Source of the DNA: Candidatus Crickella caballi
GTDB taxonomy: Bacteria; Bacillota; Clostridia; Peptostreptococcales; Anaerovoracaceae
NCBI GenBank assembly: GCA_018064665.1
Contig: JAGHUV010000028.1
Span: 1,004-65,003 of the forward strand
DNA length: 64,000 nt
Direction of reading: 5' to 3'
Below, piece after piece: positions 1-8,084 of this stretch. A program made the translations under genes and the position numbers. The notes under the pieces were generated by a model. It had not been told where the DNA came from and made no database searches. It saw only the letters and a program-made list of their open reading frames with translations. Positions within the stretch are counted from its first letter, which is position 1, and each line of letters begins with the position of its first letter.

Positions 1-1979
1 GAAGACTTTATATTCCATATTTCGTTACATGCATAATGATGGTTGCGGTCTATTATATTCTGCATTTTCTGGCTCATTCAGGAATCATGGATGGCATGCC
101 GGGAGGCCACACGGCCACCGATATGATGTCTGTAGGAACTTATGTAATGACGCTTTTCGGTCTGATATTTCTGTTCTATACACAGGCTTCGCTCATCAAA
201 GGTCGTAAAAAGGAATTCGGCCTCTATTCAATGCTCGGAATGAATAAACATAATATTGGGATGATCATTCTTTTCGAAACTGTAATAACATGGGCAATTA
301 CGATTCTTGGAGGACTGCTTGCCGGAGTTTGTCTGAGCAAGCTTGCGGAGCTGGGATTCACCAGGATGATTGCAATTCCTGTTAACTATAGCTTTTCTAT
401 CAGCACAAGCTCGATAGTAATGACAGTAGTAACTTTTACAGGCGTTTTTCTGCTGATCTATCTTAACTCATTGCGTCAGGTCAGATTTGCAACTCCGATA
501 GAACTGGTTCGCGCAGATAAAGCCGGTGAGAAACCACCTAAATCCAACTGGCTCCTGGGCATGCTCGGACTTGCTACTCTGGGAGCAGGATACTGGCTGG
601 CACTGAGGATCAAGCAGCCAATGTCAGCGCTGATGTGGTTTTTCATTGCTGTAATACTGATAATAATCGGAACATATATGATACTCATATCCGGATCTGT
701 AATTCTCTGCAGAATTCTACAGAAGAACAAAAGGTATTATTACAAAACGAACCATTTCATCTCCGTATCGTCAATGGCATTTCGTATGAAGAGAAACGGT
801 GCGGGGCTGTCCTCAATATGTATTCTGCTGACAATGATTCTGGTAATGCTTTCATCGACATCGGCTTTGTACGTGGGCGCGGATGACTGTCTTAATGCGA
901 GATATCCTAACGAAATCGGTGCCTTTGCATGTACATACGGCTACGACGAAAACCTTGAAACCATTGGAGAAAAACTTGACGCAGATCTGAAGATGATCGC
1001 GGAGGAAAAGGGCGCGGATATTACTAACAACAAGACCTACTATGAGTGGTCGATAAGCGGATATTTTGATAACAGCAAGCTCGATGTGTCGCTGAATTCA
1101 AAGACTGATATGGCCTTCATTGATTACGATAAAGTTGCACAGATTCTCTTTATAGACACAGAAGACTACAATAGAGTGTTTGGGCATAATGACAGGCTTG
1201 CCCCGGGTGAGGTGCTTGTTGGTACAAGTAAGAATGTTAAAATCGATGATAAGCTGACTGTAGGAGAATTGTCCTTCAGGGTCGCTGGAAGAATAGACGA
1301 TACAATTACGGAAATTGACCCTGCGGCAGAGGGCTCAGCGTGTCCGGAAGTTTTCGTCATAGTTAATAATGTTAATGAAGTTGCGACTCATTACACTCAA
1401 TACAAGGATTACGACGGAGAGCCTATGCTGGCGTGGTTCTGGAACTGCCGCTTTGATACCGGTCTTGATACTGATGGACAGATTGCCGTTGCAGAAGCTC
1501 TTGATAAGCAAATAAGGGATGAGCTTAAGCCGCTCAACTTTGATAACATGTACTGCGACAGTCACGATGCACAGCGATATGATTTTGTCAGCACCTTTGG
1601 AGGACTGTTCTTCCTGGGTATAATGCTGAGTATCATCTTCCTCATAGCCTGCGTGATAATCATGTATTACAAGCAGATATCTGAGGGGTTTGAAGACAAA
1701 TCCCGGTTTGAGATAATGCAGAAGGTGGGAATGACAAAGGACGATATTCGAAGAAGTATCAACTCACAGATGCTCACGGTGTTCCTGATTCCAATCATTT
1801 TCGCATGTATGCATCTGCTTGCTGTGCTGCCTATAGTAAATAAACTGCTTATGCTCTTCGGATTAATGGATTTCTCGCTGTTACTGAAGACTGCAGGAGT
1901 TTGTGCGCTGCTCTGTGCTTTGTTCTATACAGCGGTGTACAGAACAACATCCAATGCGTATTACAGAATAGTAAGCTAG
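1..1979 (+). CDS. BceB-type (FtsX-family) ABC transporter permease, 5' end cut by window edge
   Basis: ORF track 36..1979. The frame stays open back to base 3. The first FtsX motif (KGRKKEFGLYSMLGMNKHNIG) sits about 25-30 aa too close to the N-terminus compared with BceB-type permeases, so the true start is upstream. Many hydrophobic helices flank a large soluble loop (aa ~280-500). A second FtsX motif (KSRFEIMQKVGMTKDDI) lies near the C-terminus. Confidence 0.8.
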   Translation, partial: RLYIPYFVTCIMMVAVYYILHFLAHSGIMDGMPGGHTATDMMSVGTYVMTLFGLIFLFYTQASLIKGRKKEFGLYSMLGMNKHNIGMIILFETVITWAITILGGLLAGVCLSKLAELGFTRMIAIPVNYSFSISTSSIVMTVVTFTGVFLLIYLNSLRQVRFATPIELVRADKAGEKPPKSNWLLGMLGLATLGAGYWLALRIKQPMSALMWFFIAVILIIIGTYMILISGSVILCRILQKNKRYYYKTNHFISVSSMAFRMKRNGAGLSSICILLTMILVMLSSTSALYVGADDCLNARYPNEIGAFACTYGYDENLETIGEKLDADLKMIAEEKGADITNNKTYYEWSISGYFDNSKLDVSLNSKTDMAFIDYDKVAQILFIDTEDYNRVFGHNDRLAPGEVLVGTSKNVKIDDKLTVGELSFRVAGRIDDTITEIDPAAEGSACPEVFVIVNNVNEVATHYTQYKDYDGEPMLAWFWNCRFDTGLDTDGQIAVAEALDKQIRDELKPLNFDNMYCDSHDAQRYDFVSTFGGLFFLGIMLSIIFLIACVIIMYYKQISEGFEDKSRFEIMQKVGMTKDDIRRSINSQMLTVFLIPIIFACMHLLAVLPIVNKLLMLFGLMDFSLLLKTAGVCALLCALFYTAVYRTTSNAYYRIVS

Positions 1980-2001
1980 GCTTATATAAAGCTTGCTAAA
2001 C

Positions 2002-2031
2002 TTGACAATTTAACGAGCGTTAAGTTATAAT
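2002..2031 (+). promoter_or_regulatory. Sigma-A type promoter of the TetR-led cluster
   Basis: TTGACA at 2002-2007, 18-nt spacer, TATAAT at 2026-2031, about 35 nt upstream of the tetR-family ATG. Confidence 0.65.
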
Positions 2032-2047
2032 GCTTAACGGTCGTTAA
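2010..2047. promoter_or_regulatory. Two tandem 14-bp palindromic operators (probable TetR-family binding sites)
   Basis: TTAACGAGCGTTAA (2010-2023) and TTAACGGTCGTTAA (2034-2047). Each is a perfect 6-2-6 palindrome. One lies in the promoter spacer and one just downstream of the -10. Confidence 0.7.
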
Positions 2048-2066
2048 ATCTTGTTATGGTGAAAAT

Positions 2067-2663
2067 ATGGCAGAGAATACAAGTAAGAAAGAAATAATAA
2101 TGGATGCTGCATTGAATCTGTTCTCGGAGAAGGGATATGCGGCGGTAGGCGTTGATGAAATAGGAGCTGCAGCAGGAATAAAGGGTCCTGCTATTTATCA
2201 TTACTTTAAAGGCAAGGAAGCGATTCTGAATGAGCTGATTGACAGATATGAGAAGTATTACAGCGAAAAATTCGGTAATGCTAGCGGAGAGATAAAAGTT
2301 CCGGAAAATATGGAAGAGTTTGTAAGATTGTCTCTTGCGAGACTGGATTTTACGATTCACGATGCAGGCATTCAGAAGATAAGAAAGCTGATAACAATAG
2401 AGCAGTTCAGGAATAAAACCTTCAGAAAAATGGCTACAGAGCACTTTGTGCTAAATACACTTGAAATCAACAAGCGAATTCTTTCTGAACTGATACAGAA
2501 GGGCCAGGTCAAGGACTTTGATCCGGAATTGCTGGCTTTCGAGTTTTCTGCACCTGTCACAACTCTTATTGCGATGATTGACAGAGAGCCTGATAAAGAG
2601 GAAATGGTCATGGCGCAGATACGCAAACACATGAATCACTTTGTAGAAATCTACGGAGTATAA
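2067..2663 (+). CDS. TetR/AcrR family transcriptional regulator
   Basis: N-terminal HTH signature IMDAALNLFSEKGYAAVGVDEIGAAAGIKGPAIYHYFKGKEAIL, 198 aa. Confidence 0.9.
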   Translation: MAENTSKKEIIMDAALNLFSEKGYAAVGVDEIGAAAGIKGPAIYHYFKGKEAILNELIDRYEKYYSEKFGNASGEIKVPENMEEFVRLSLARLDFTIHDAGIQKIRKLITIEQFRNKTFRKMATEHFVLNTLEINKRILSELIQKGQVKDFDPELLAFEFSAPVTTLIAMIDREPDKEEMVMAQIRKHMNHFVEIYGV

Positions 2664-2691
2664 GGAAAAATAAAGTTTAAATGATACTGCT

Positions 2692-3129
2692 ATGGATATA
2701 AGACTGTTAAATAGAGATGAATTGAATAGTGCACTGAAGCATGTCTGGGATGTGTTCTGCAAATATGAAGCTGTAAACTATCCGGAAAACAGTAAAAACG
2801 CGTTTCGACAGGCTATACATTCTGGTGAGTACCTGGAGATGCTGACGGCTTATGGTGCTTTTGATGGAGACAGAATTGTTGGAATCATTGCCACGAGAGG
2901 TGAAGGAAGTCACGTGGCGTTATTCTTTGTAGATGGCAGTTATCACAGACAGGGTGTTGGCAGAAGACTTTGGAATGAAATGCTGAAGGATAATGAGAGT
3001 AAAATAATCACTGTCCATTCTTCGCTGTATGCGGTTCCTGTATATGAAAGGATCGGATTTGTAAAGACAGATGATGTTCAGAAAGAGGATGGAATCACAT
3101 TTGTTCCTATGACATTTGAACGAGGATAA
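2692..3129 (+). CDS. GNAT family N-acetyltransferase
   Basis: 145 aa. Acetyl-CoA motif A YHRQGVGRRLWNEM and C-terminal YERIGF. Confidence 0.85.
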   Translation: MDIRLLNRDELNSALKHVWDVFCKYEAVNYPENSKNAFRQAIHSGEYLEMLTAYGAFDGDRIVGIIATRGEGSHVALFFVDGSYHRQGVGRRLWNEMLKDNESKIITVHSSLYAVPVYERIGFVKTDDVQKEDGITFVPMTFERG

Positions 3130-3134
3130 ACAGT

Positions 3135-3809
3135 ATGGATATAATTAAAGAACTATACAAAAGGTCAGATGAAAAATATGCGGATTTTCAGGCCAAACTG
3201 ACGCCGAATGTTGACAGGGAACTGTTCATAGGCGTACGTGTTCCTGATGCCAGAAAGCTTGCGAAAGAAATCTGCAAATCGGAAGATTATGATGATTTTC
3301 TGGCGGAACTTCCGCACAAATATTACGATGAGAATATGCTCCATGGCCTGATATTATCGGAGTTCAAAGACTATGATGCGTGCGTTGAGCAGGTGGAGAG
3401 ATTCCTGCCATACGTTGATAACTGGGCGGTTTGTGATATTATGTCGCCAAAGTGCTTTAAGAAGAACAAGGAGCGACTGATAGGCAAAATCGTCGAGTGG
3501 GCGGAAAGTGACGAAGTATATACGAGTCGCTTTGGCATGGAGATGCTGATGACACATTTTCTCGATGAAGACTTCAAAGAAGAGTACCTCGAGATTCCGT
3601 CGGATGTTCACATAGATGATTACTATTCAAGAATGATGGTTGCCTGGTTCTTTGCTACGGCACTGGCCAAGCAGTGGGAGGCAACGATCCCGTATATTAG
3701 AGAAAACAGGCTTGAAGCATGGACCCACAATAAAACAATTCAGAAGGCGAGAGAGAGCTATCGAATTACTGAAGAACAGAAGGAATATCTTAAATCACTT
3801 AAACGATGA
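3135..3809 (+). CDS. DNA alkylation repair protein (AlkD/AlkC-like HEAT-repeat family)
   Basis: 224 aa. The N-terminus (YADFQAKLTPNVDRELFIGVRVPDARKLAKEI) and NWAVCD are typical of the DNA alkylation repair enzyme family. Confidence 0.8.
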   Translation: MDIIKELYKRSDEKYADFQAKLTPNVDRELFIGVRVPDARKLAKEICKSEDYDDFLAELPHKYYDENMLHGLILSEFKDYDACVEQVERFLPYVDNWAVCDIMSPKCFKKNKERLIGKIVEWAESDEVYTSRFGMEMLMTHFLDEDFKEEYLEIPSDVHIDDYYSRMMVAWFFATALAKQWEATIPYIRENRLEAWTHNKTIQKARESYRITEEQKEYLKSLKR

Positions 3810-3826
3810 TATAGAAATATCGGAGA

Positions 3827-4195
3827 TTGAATATGAAACTTAAAAATGTTCTGATTGTAGTTAAAGACATTGAGAAGTCCAGAAAATACTATCATGACCT
3901 CTTCGGCCTTGAACTGATTGTGGATAATGATGGCAATATGATTCTTACGGAGGGGCTGGTACTCCAGGAGGAGAGCTACTGGAAACAGTTCCTGAAGAGG
4001 GATGTTGTATGGAATAATAATTCCTGTGAGTTGTACTTTGAGGAATCGGATCTGGAAAGCTTTATTGAGAAGCTGGAAAACTTGTATCCTGAAACTGTGT
4101 ATGTGAACAGGCTAATGACTCACAGCTGGGGACAGAAGGTTATACGGTTTTACGACCTTGACGGAAATTTAATAGAAGTAGGAACTCCGGTATAA
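3827..4195 (+). CDS. VOC (glyoxalase/bleomycin-resistance) family protein
   Basis: 122 aa. VVKDIEKSRKYYHDLFGLEL at the N-terminus and IRFYDLDGNLIEVGTP at the C-terminus. Confidence 0.8.
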   Translation: MNMKLKNVLIVVKDIEKSRKYYHDLFGLELIVDNDGNMILTEGLVLQEESYWKQFLKRDVVWNNNSCELYFEESDLESFIEKLENLYPETVYVNRLMTHSWGQKVIRFYDLDGNLIEVGTPV

Positions 4196-4214
4196 TCAGC
4201 TGCCGGGTGTAAAT

Positions 4215-4673
4215 ATGAATGAAATGAAACAACTGAAAAAGGATGTCATCTCATTGATTACAGAACGGGATGACAAAGTAGCATACGCGAATACAAAGAA
4301 GCTCGCAGCTGAATCTGAGTTTAGCGACATATATTATGACAACTTTGAGGATTTTGTGTCCTTGCTAAATCATGAGAAATTGTATATCAGAACTCGAGCG
4401 CTGATTCTATGCTGCTCACAGGCACGCTGGGATACGGAAGGAAAAATTGCCAAATATCTGCCTGATATGCTGCAGCTCTTGCACGATGTTAAGCCAACAG
4501 TTGTCAGACAGAGCCTAAATGCTTTTAAGGAAGTGATCGCATTCAGACCGGAGTTGAGCGGTGGCATTAAGGATGAATTAGAGATGATCGATCTTACTCA
4601 ATACAAGGAAAGTATGGTAGGATTAATAGCGGCAGATGCGGCTCAGCTAAGAGAGCTGATTGAAGAAGAGTAA
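4215..4673 (+). CDS. Hypothetical all-helical protein (possibly HEAT/ARM-like)
   Basis: 152-aa ORF with normal codon usage and tight spacing to its neighbours. I recognise no motif. Confidence 0.5.
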   Translation: MNEMKQLKKDVISLITERDDKVAYANTKKLAAESEFSDIYYDNFEDFVSLLNHEKLYIRTRALILCCSQARWDTEGKIAKYLPDMLQLLHDVKPTVVRQSLNAFKEVIAFRPELSGGIKDELEMIDLTQYKESMVGLIAADAAQLRELIEEE

Positions 4674-4691
4674 TTGAAAAAGGGAAATATT

Positions 4692-5063
4692 ATGATACTT
4701 AATTGTCTCGCAGTTGGCATTGGAGGATTTGTTGGATCCATAGCACGATATCTGGTATCCAGAATTGAATTTCTAAAATCCGGATCCTATCCTCTTAACA
4801 CCTTAATTGTCAATGTTATTGGTGCAGTACTTATTGGGCTGGTTATAGTTTATGCAGAAAAAAATGGCATGAGTGAAGAAAAATTACTGTTTTTAAAAAT
4901 GGGACTGTGCGGTGGACTAACCACTTTTTCTACATTCTCTGCTGAAACTCTGGGATACATAGAATCGGGTAATATTCTTATGGGGATATCATATGTTCTG
5001 GTTAGTGTTGTTCTTTGTGTTCTGGGCGTGTACCTGGGAATGAAGCTGGGAACACTATGTTAA
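4692..5063 (+). CDS. crcB: Fluoride ion channel CrcB/FluC
   Basis: MILNCLAVGIGGFVGSIARY, GLCGGLTTFSTFS, four hydrophobic helices. The ORF track starts at TTG 4674. ATG 4692 gives the usual ~123-aa length. Confidence 0.9.
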   Translation: MILNCLAVGIGGFVGSIARYLVSRIEFLKSGSYPLNTLIVNVIGAVLIGLVIVYAEKNGMSEEKLLFLKMGLCGGLTTFSTFSAETLGYIESGNILMGISYVLVSVVLCVLGVYLGMKLGTLC

Positions 5064-5265
5064 TGAAGGAGACAATATTTTAGAAAATAAATATATTGCT
5101 TTTTATGGTAATTTGACCGCAAGGTCTTATTATAAATATTAAATTTTAAGGAGTGTGCTTTTTGATTAAAAAGACAACAATGGATGTGGTTTGCTAGCCA
5201 AGGGAGGCTGGCAGACAAATTCGCCTCCCGAGTTTATTGGTCGTAATTTCAAGGAGGTAAATAGA

Positions 5266-5889
5266 ATGAAAAAAGACTATACAATACGTTTAGAAAGAAA
5301 AGAAGACGAGCGCGAAGTTGAGAGCCTGGTACGGGACAGCTTCTGGAATGTCTACCGTCCCGGATGCCTGGAGCATTATGTTATCAATCAACTGAGGAAT
5401 GATCCTGCGTTCATACCTGCGCTGGACTATGTGATGGAGCAGGATGGCAGACTGATCGGACAGTATATTGCAATGGACGCAACAATCCAATCTGATGATG
5501 GCCGTTCAATTCCAATAATCACTATGGGTCCGATTTGCATCGCAAACGAGCTCAAACGACAGGGATACGGTAAAGCATTGCTGGACCATTTTCTTGCACA
5601 GGCCACGGAGCTTGGATATGGTGCGGTTTGCTTTGAGGGAAACATAGATTTCTATGGCAAAAGCGGATTCGGATATGCGAGTGATTTCGGCATCAGATAT
5701 CACGGCCTGCCTGAGGGAGAGGACGCATCATTCTTTCTCTGTAAGGAGCTGATACCGGGATATCTTGACGGTATCACAGGTGAGTATGCAACACCTCAGG
5801 GATACTTCGTGGATGAAGCCGAAGCAGAGGAATTCGACAGGCAGTTTCCTTATAAGGAAAAGCTCAGACTTCCGGGACAGTTATTCTAA
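5266..5889 (+). CDS. GNAT family N-acetyltransferase
   Basis: AGGAGG lies 8 nt before ATG 5266. Motif A is LKRQGYGKALLDHFL. The ORF-track start at 5191 adds an unlikely leader. Confidence 0.8.
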   Translation: MKKDYTIRLERKEDEREVESLVRDSFWNVYRPGCLEHYVINQLRNDPAFIPALDYVMEQDGRLIGQYIAMDATIQSDDGRSIPIITMGPICIANELKRQGYGKALLDHFLAQATELGYGAVCFEGNIDFYGKSGFGYASDFGIRYHGLPEGEDASFFLCKELIPGYLDGITGEYATPQGYFVDEAEAEEFDRQFPYKEKLRLPGQLF

Positions 5890-5907
5890 TCACGTATGAC
5901 ACACCGT

Positions 5908-5937
5908 AAAAGAGAGCTCTTCGGAGCTCTCTTTTTG
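5908..5937 (+). terminator. Rho-independent terminator
   Basis: AAAGAGAGCTC-TTCG-GAGCTCTCTTT followed by a T-run. Confidence 0.85.
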
Positions 5938-6030
5938 CGTTTACGCAGCATACATGAGCGGCTCATGCTGAGCTTTCTGAAATGTCATGATATAATCAAA
6001 TAGAAAAGGAAAGTATTATAGGGGGGTATT

Positions 6031-6498
6031 ATGGGAAAAAGATTTATTATAGGTCTTATCGCATGTCTGCTCGTAGCATCGCTTTGCGCTTGCGGTAATA
6101 TAGCTTCAGATACATCGGATGAAGCAAAGGATACCGTCGTAATCATTAATGCTCAGGATTTGATCGGCGAATGGAGTGAGGCTGTCGGCGGACGCGGAAT
6201 GATGACTGTAACAGCAGTAGACGGAGAGGAGAACTCCGTGTATTTTGAAGTTGTGTGGTCGGATAGTGCGTCGAGCTATCATCAGTTCAGATTCCTGGGA
6301 ACTCTCGATGAAGACGGCAAATTAGTCTATGATAACGGATTTGTAGGCGTTGTCGATTGTGATGAAGACGGCAATGAGACTAAGACAATAATCGAAGAGG
6401 AAGCCAGTGGTACGGTTGAACTCGTTGATGATGGAACCATGATCTGGACCGAGGATGCAGCGGCAGATAATCCTCACGAATTCGTCAGAAATGCATAA
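6031..6498 (+). CDS. Hypothetical lipoprotein
   Basis: Signal peptide with lipobox LVASLCAC-G, 155 aa, acidic mature part. Confidence 0.7.
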   Translation: MGKRFIIGLIACLLVASLCACGNIASDTSDEAKDTVVIINAQDLIGEWSEAVGGRGMMTVTAVDGEENSVYFEVVWSDSASSYHQFRFLGTLDEDGKLVYDNGFVGVVDCDEDGNETKTIIEEEASGTVELVDDGTMIWTEDAAADNPHEFVRNA

Positions 6499-6515
6499 TA
6501 GGGCATTATAAAATC

Positions 6516-6544
6516 TTGACATTATATGAACTGGTTGCTATAAT
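6516..6544 (+). promoter_or_regulatory. Consensus sigma-A promoter of the sdpR/sdpI-like pair
   Basis: TTGACA 6516-6521, exactly 17-nt spacer, TATAAT 6539-6544. Confidence 0.8.
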
Positions 6545-6545
6545 T

Positions 6546-6567
6546 CATTTAACAATTAGGTTAAATG
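6546..6567. promoter_or_regulatory. Inverted-repeat operator (probable ArsR/SdpR autorepressor site)
   Basis: CATTTAAC-N6-GTTAAATG, a perfect 8-bp inverted repeat immediately after the -10. Confidence 0.6.
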
Positions 6568-6852
6568 TTAAATAAGGAGAGAGAAGTGAGTATTCAGAAC
6601 ACGATGAAAGCGTTGGCTGATCCGACGCGCAGAGAAATATTGAACATGCTGAAGGCCGGTGATATGAAGGCCGGAGACATTGCGTCAGCTTTTGATATTT
6701 CCGATGCTGCTATTTCAAGGCACCTATCTGTTTTGAAAGATGCTGAGCTCATTCATGACAGACGCGATGGCAAATGCATTATCTATGAGCTTAATGTCAG
6801 CGTTCTTGAAGAAGTCCTTCTGTGGATCAAGGATTTGAATGGAGAAATATAA
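6565..6852 (+). CDS. ArsR/SmtB family (SdpR-like) transcriptional repressor
   Basis: LADPTRREILNML and ISRHLSVLKDAELI wHTH motifs. An alternative GTG start at 6586 has a better RBS (AGGAG 7 nt upstream). Confidence 0.9.
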   Translation: MLNKEREVSIQNTMKALADPTRREILNMLKAGDMKAGDIASAFDISDAAISRHLSVLKDAELIHDRRDGKCIIYELNVSVLEEVLLWIKDLNGEI

Positions 6853-7520
6853 TGATTAAAGACAACAGGAAAGAAATTATAATATGTGCACTGATTATGC
6901 TTGTTCCGGTAATTGCAGGCCTGGTTTTATGGAACCGGCTGCCTGACCAGATGGTTATCCACTGGAATGCAAATGGAGAAGCCGATGGATACGCGGGCAA
7001 AGCCTTTGCCATATTCGGACTGAATGCAATACTGTATGCGTTATACGCTATATGCCTGATTGCAACAAATGCAGACCCTAAGAAGAATAATATCAGCAGA
7101 AAAACTTTTCTTCTGTGCATCGGAAGTATGCCACTGATATCGATATTTGCGAATGGAGTGACGCTTGCTGCGGCAATGGGCAAGAAGATAGACATTGATT
7201 TCTGGTCTACTGCTTTGATATCAATCCTCTTTATTATTATCGGCAACTACATGCCTAAGATGAGGCAAAGCTATACGATCGGCATTAAACTTCCATGGAC
7301 ACTCGAGTCTGCAGACAACTGGAACAGAACACACAGATTTGCAAGTAAGATAATGTTGATATTCGGATTGATACTGCTGGCCAATGCATTTATAAAATTC
7401 ATGCCGCTTGCAGTTGAAGGTATTTTGTTCGCCGTGGTGATTCTGGCACCGGTAGTATATTCATACTTGTACTATGTCAGAAACCATGATGCATCGAAAG
7501 GCGAAGAAACTGATGAATAG
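6852..7520 (+). CDS. SdpI/YhfL family membrane protein (DUF1648 + SdpI immunity-type domain)
   Basis: The ATG overlaps the regulator stop (TAATG). LPDQMVIHWNANGEADGY and IGIKLPWTLESADNWNRTHRF motifs, 6 hydrophobic helices. Confidence 0.8.
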   Translation: MIKDNRKEIIICALIMLVPVIAGLVLWNRLPDQMVIHWNANGEADGYAGKAFAIFGLNAILYALYAICLIATNADPKKNNISRKTFLLCIGSMPLISIFANGVTLAAAMGKKIDIDFWSTALISILFIIIGNYMPKMRQSYTIGIKLPWTLESADNWNRTHRFASKIMLIFGLILLANAFIKFMPLAVEGILFAVVILAPVVYSYLYYVRNHDASKGEETDE

Positions 7521-7558
7521 CTAAAAAATCAATAGGTAATAGCACAATATTTCAAGAG

Positions 7559-7603
7559 GCTGTCGCACTGAAGGACAAAACCTGATTATGCGACAGCTTT
7601 TTT
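7559..7603 (+). terminator. Rho-independent terminator
   Basis: GCTGTCGCA ... TGCGACAGC stem (21-nt loop) followed by TTTTTT. Confidence 0.6.
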
Positions 7604-7607
7604 CTCT

Positions 7608-7892
7608 ATGCCCTCACTTTTGGAACATGAAACGCCGGAAGCCTTGATTTTAAAACTAAAAATTCCAATTTTGCTCGCCAAAAGCAATTTCTCTTCGACC
7701 CATCGGCATGAGACGTAGTGCCATTTTGGAATATAATTTTGAAATGTCAATGGTTTGCGCGATTTCAATTCCAATTACGGTCTTCATTAGACCCTTTGAA
7801 TAGAACCTCAGCACACCTATGTAAGGAACGATTGGAATTTTTAATTTTATTTTCAAGGGTTTCACGGTTTCATGTTCCAAAAGTGAGGGCAT
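7608..7892. repeat. 285-bp imperfect palindrome (62/63-nt inverted arms around a 160-bp core)
   Basis: The left arm 7608-7670 and the reverse complement of 7831-7892 share a perfect 26-mer (ATGCCCTCACTTTTGGAACATGAAAC), then about 26/36 further identities ending in AAAAATTCCAAT. Weaker inner inverted copies lie at about 7721-7748 and 7762-7787. Confidence 0.8.
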
Positions 7893-8084
7893 TGGCGGTG
7901 CGACACAGTGAACTAAGAAAAGAAACATAGCGACGATGAATATATTTAAATACAAGTGTGTTCTAAAGATATCCTATTGAAAAGGTAGGAATTAAATGTT
8001 ACTATACATATGTACTCCAAAGCAGTCTTTTAAACTGTGGTTGGAATATAAACTATATTAATGGAAATTTTGGAGGTACAGAAA

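Noticed and set aside
5191-5265. 25-codon N-terminal extension of the second GNAT gene
   Set aside because: It has no RBS at 5191 and runs through the GC hairpin, whereas ATG 5266 has AGGAGG at ideal spacing.
7608-7892. Possible CRISPR array (repeat-like GTTTCA...TTCCAA... units)
   Set aside because: The copies are inverted rather than direct, are unequally spaced and degenerate, and there are no cas genes. I saw no regularly spaced direct-repeat array anywhere in the window.
7586-7955. Three small ORFs (62, 99 and 70 aa) in the sdpI-cysK gap
   Set aside because: They overlap one another inside the imperfect palindrome, lack RBSs, and partly mirror each other because of the inverted repeat. 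I treated the region as non-coding.
7950-8084. T-box or SAM riboswitch upstream of cysK
   Set aside because: No T-box (GGTGGTACCGCG-like) or S-box core sequences are visible. Only a plausible promoter (TTGAAA-17-TACTAT) was found.
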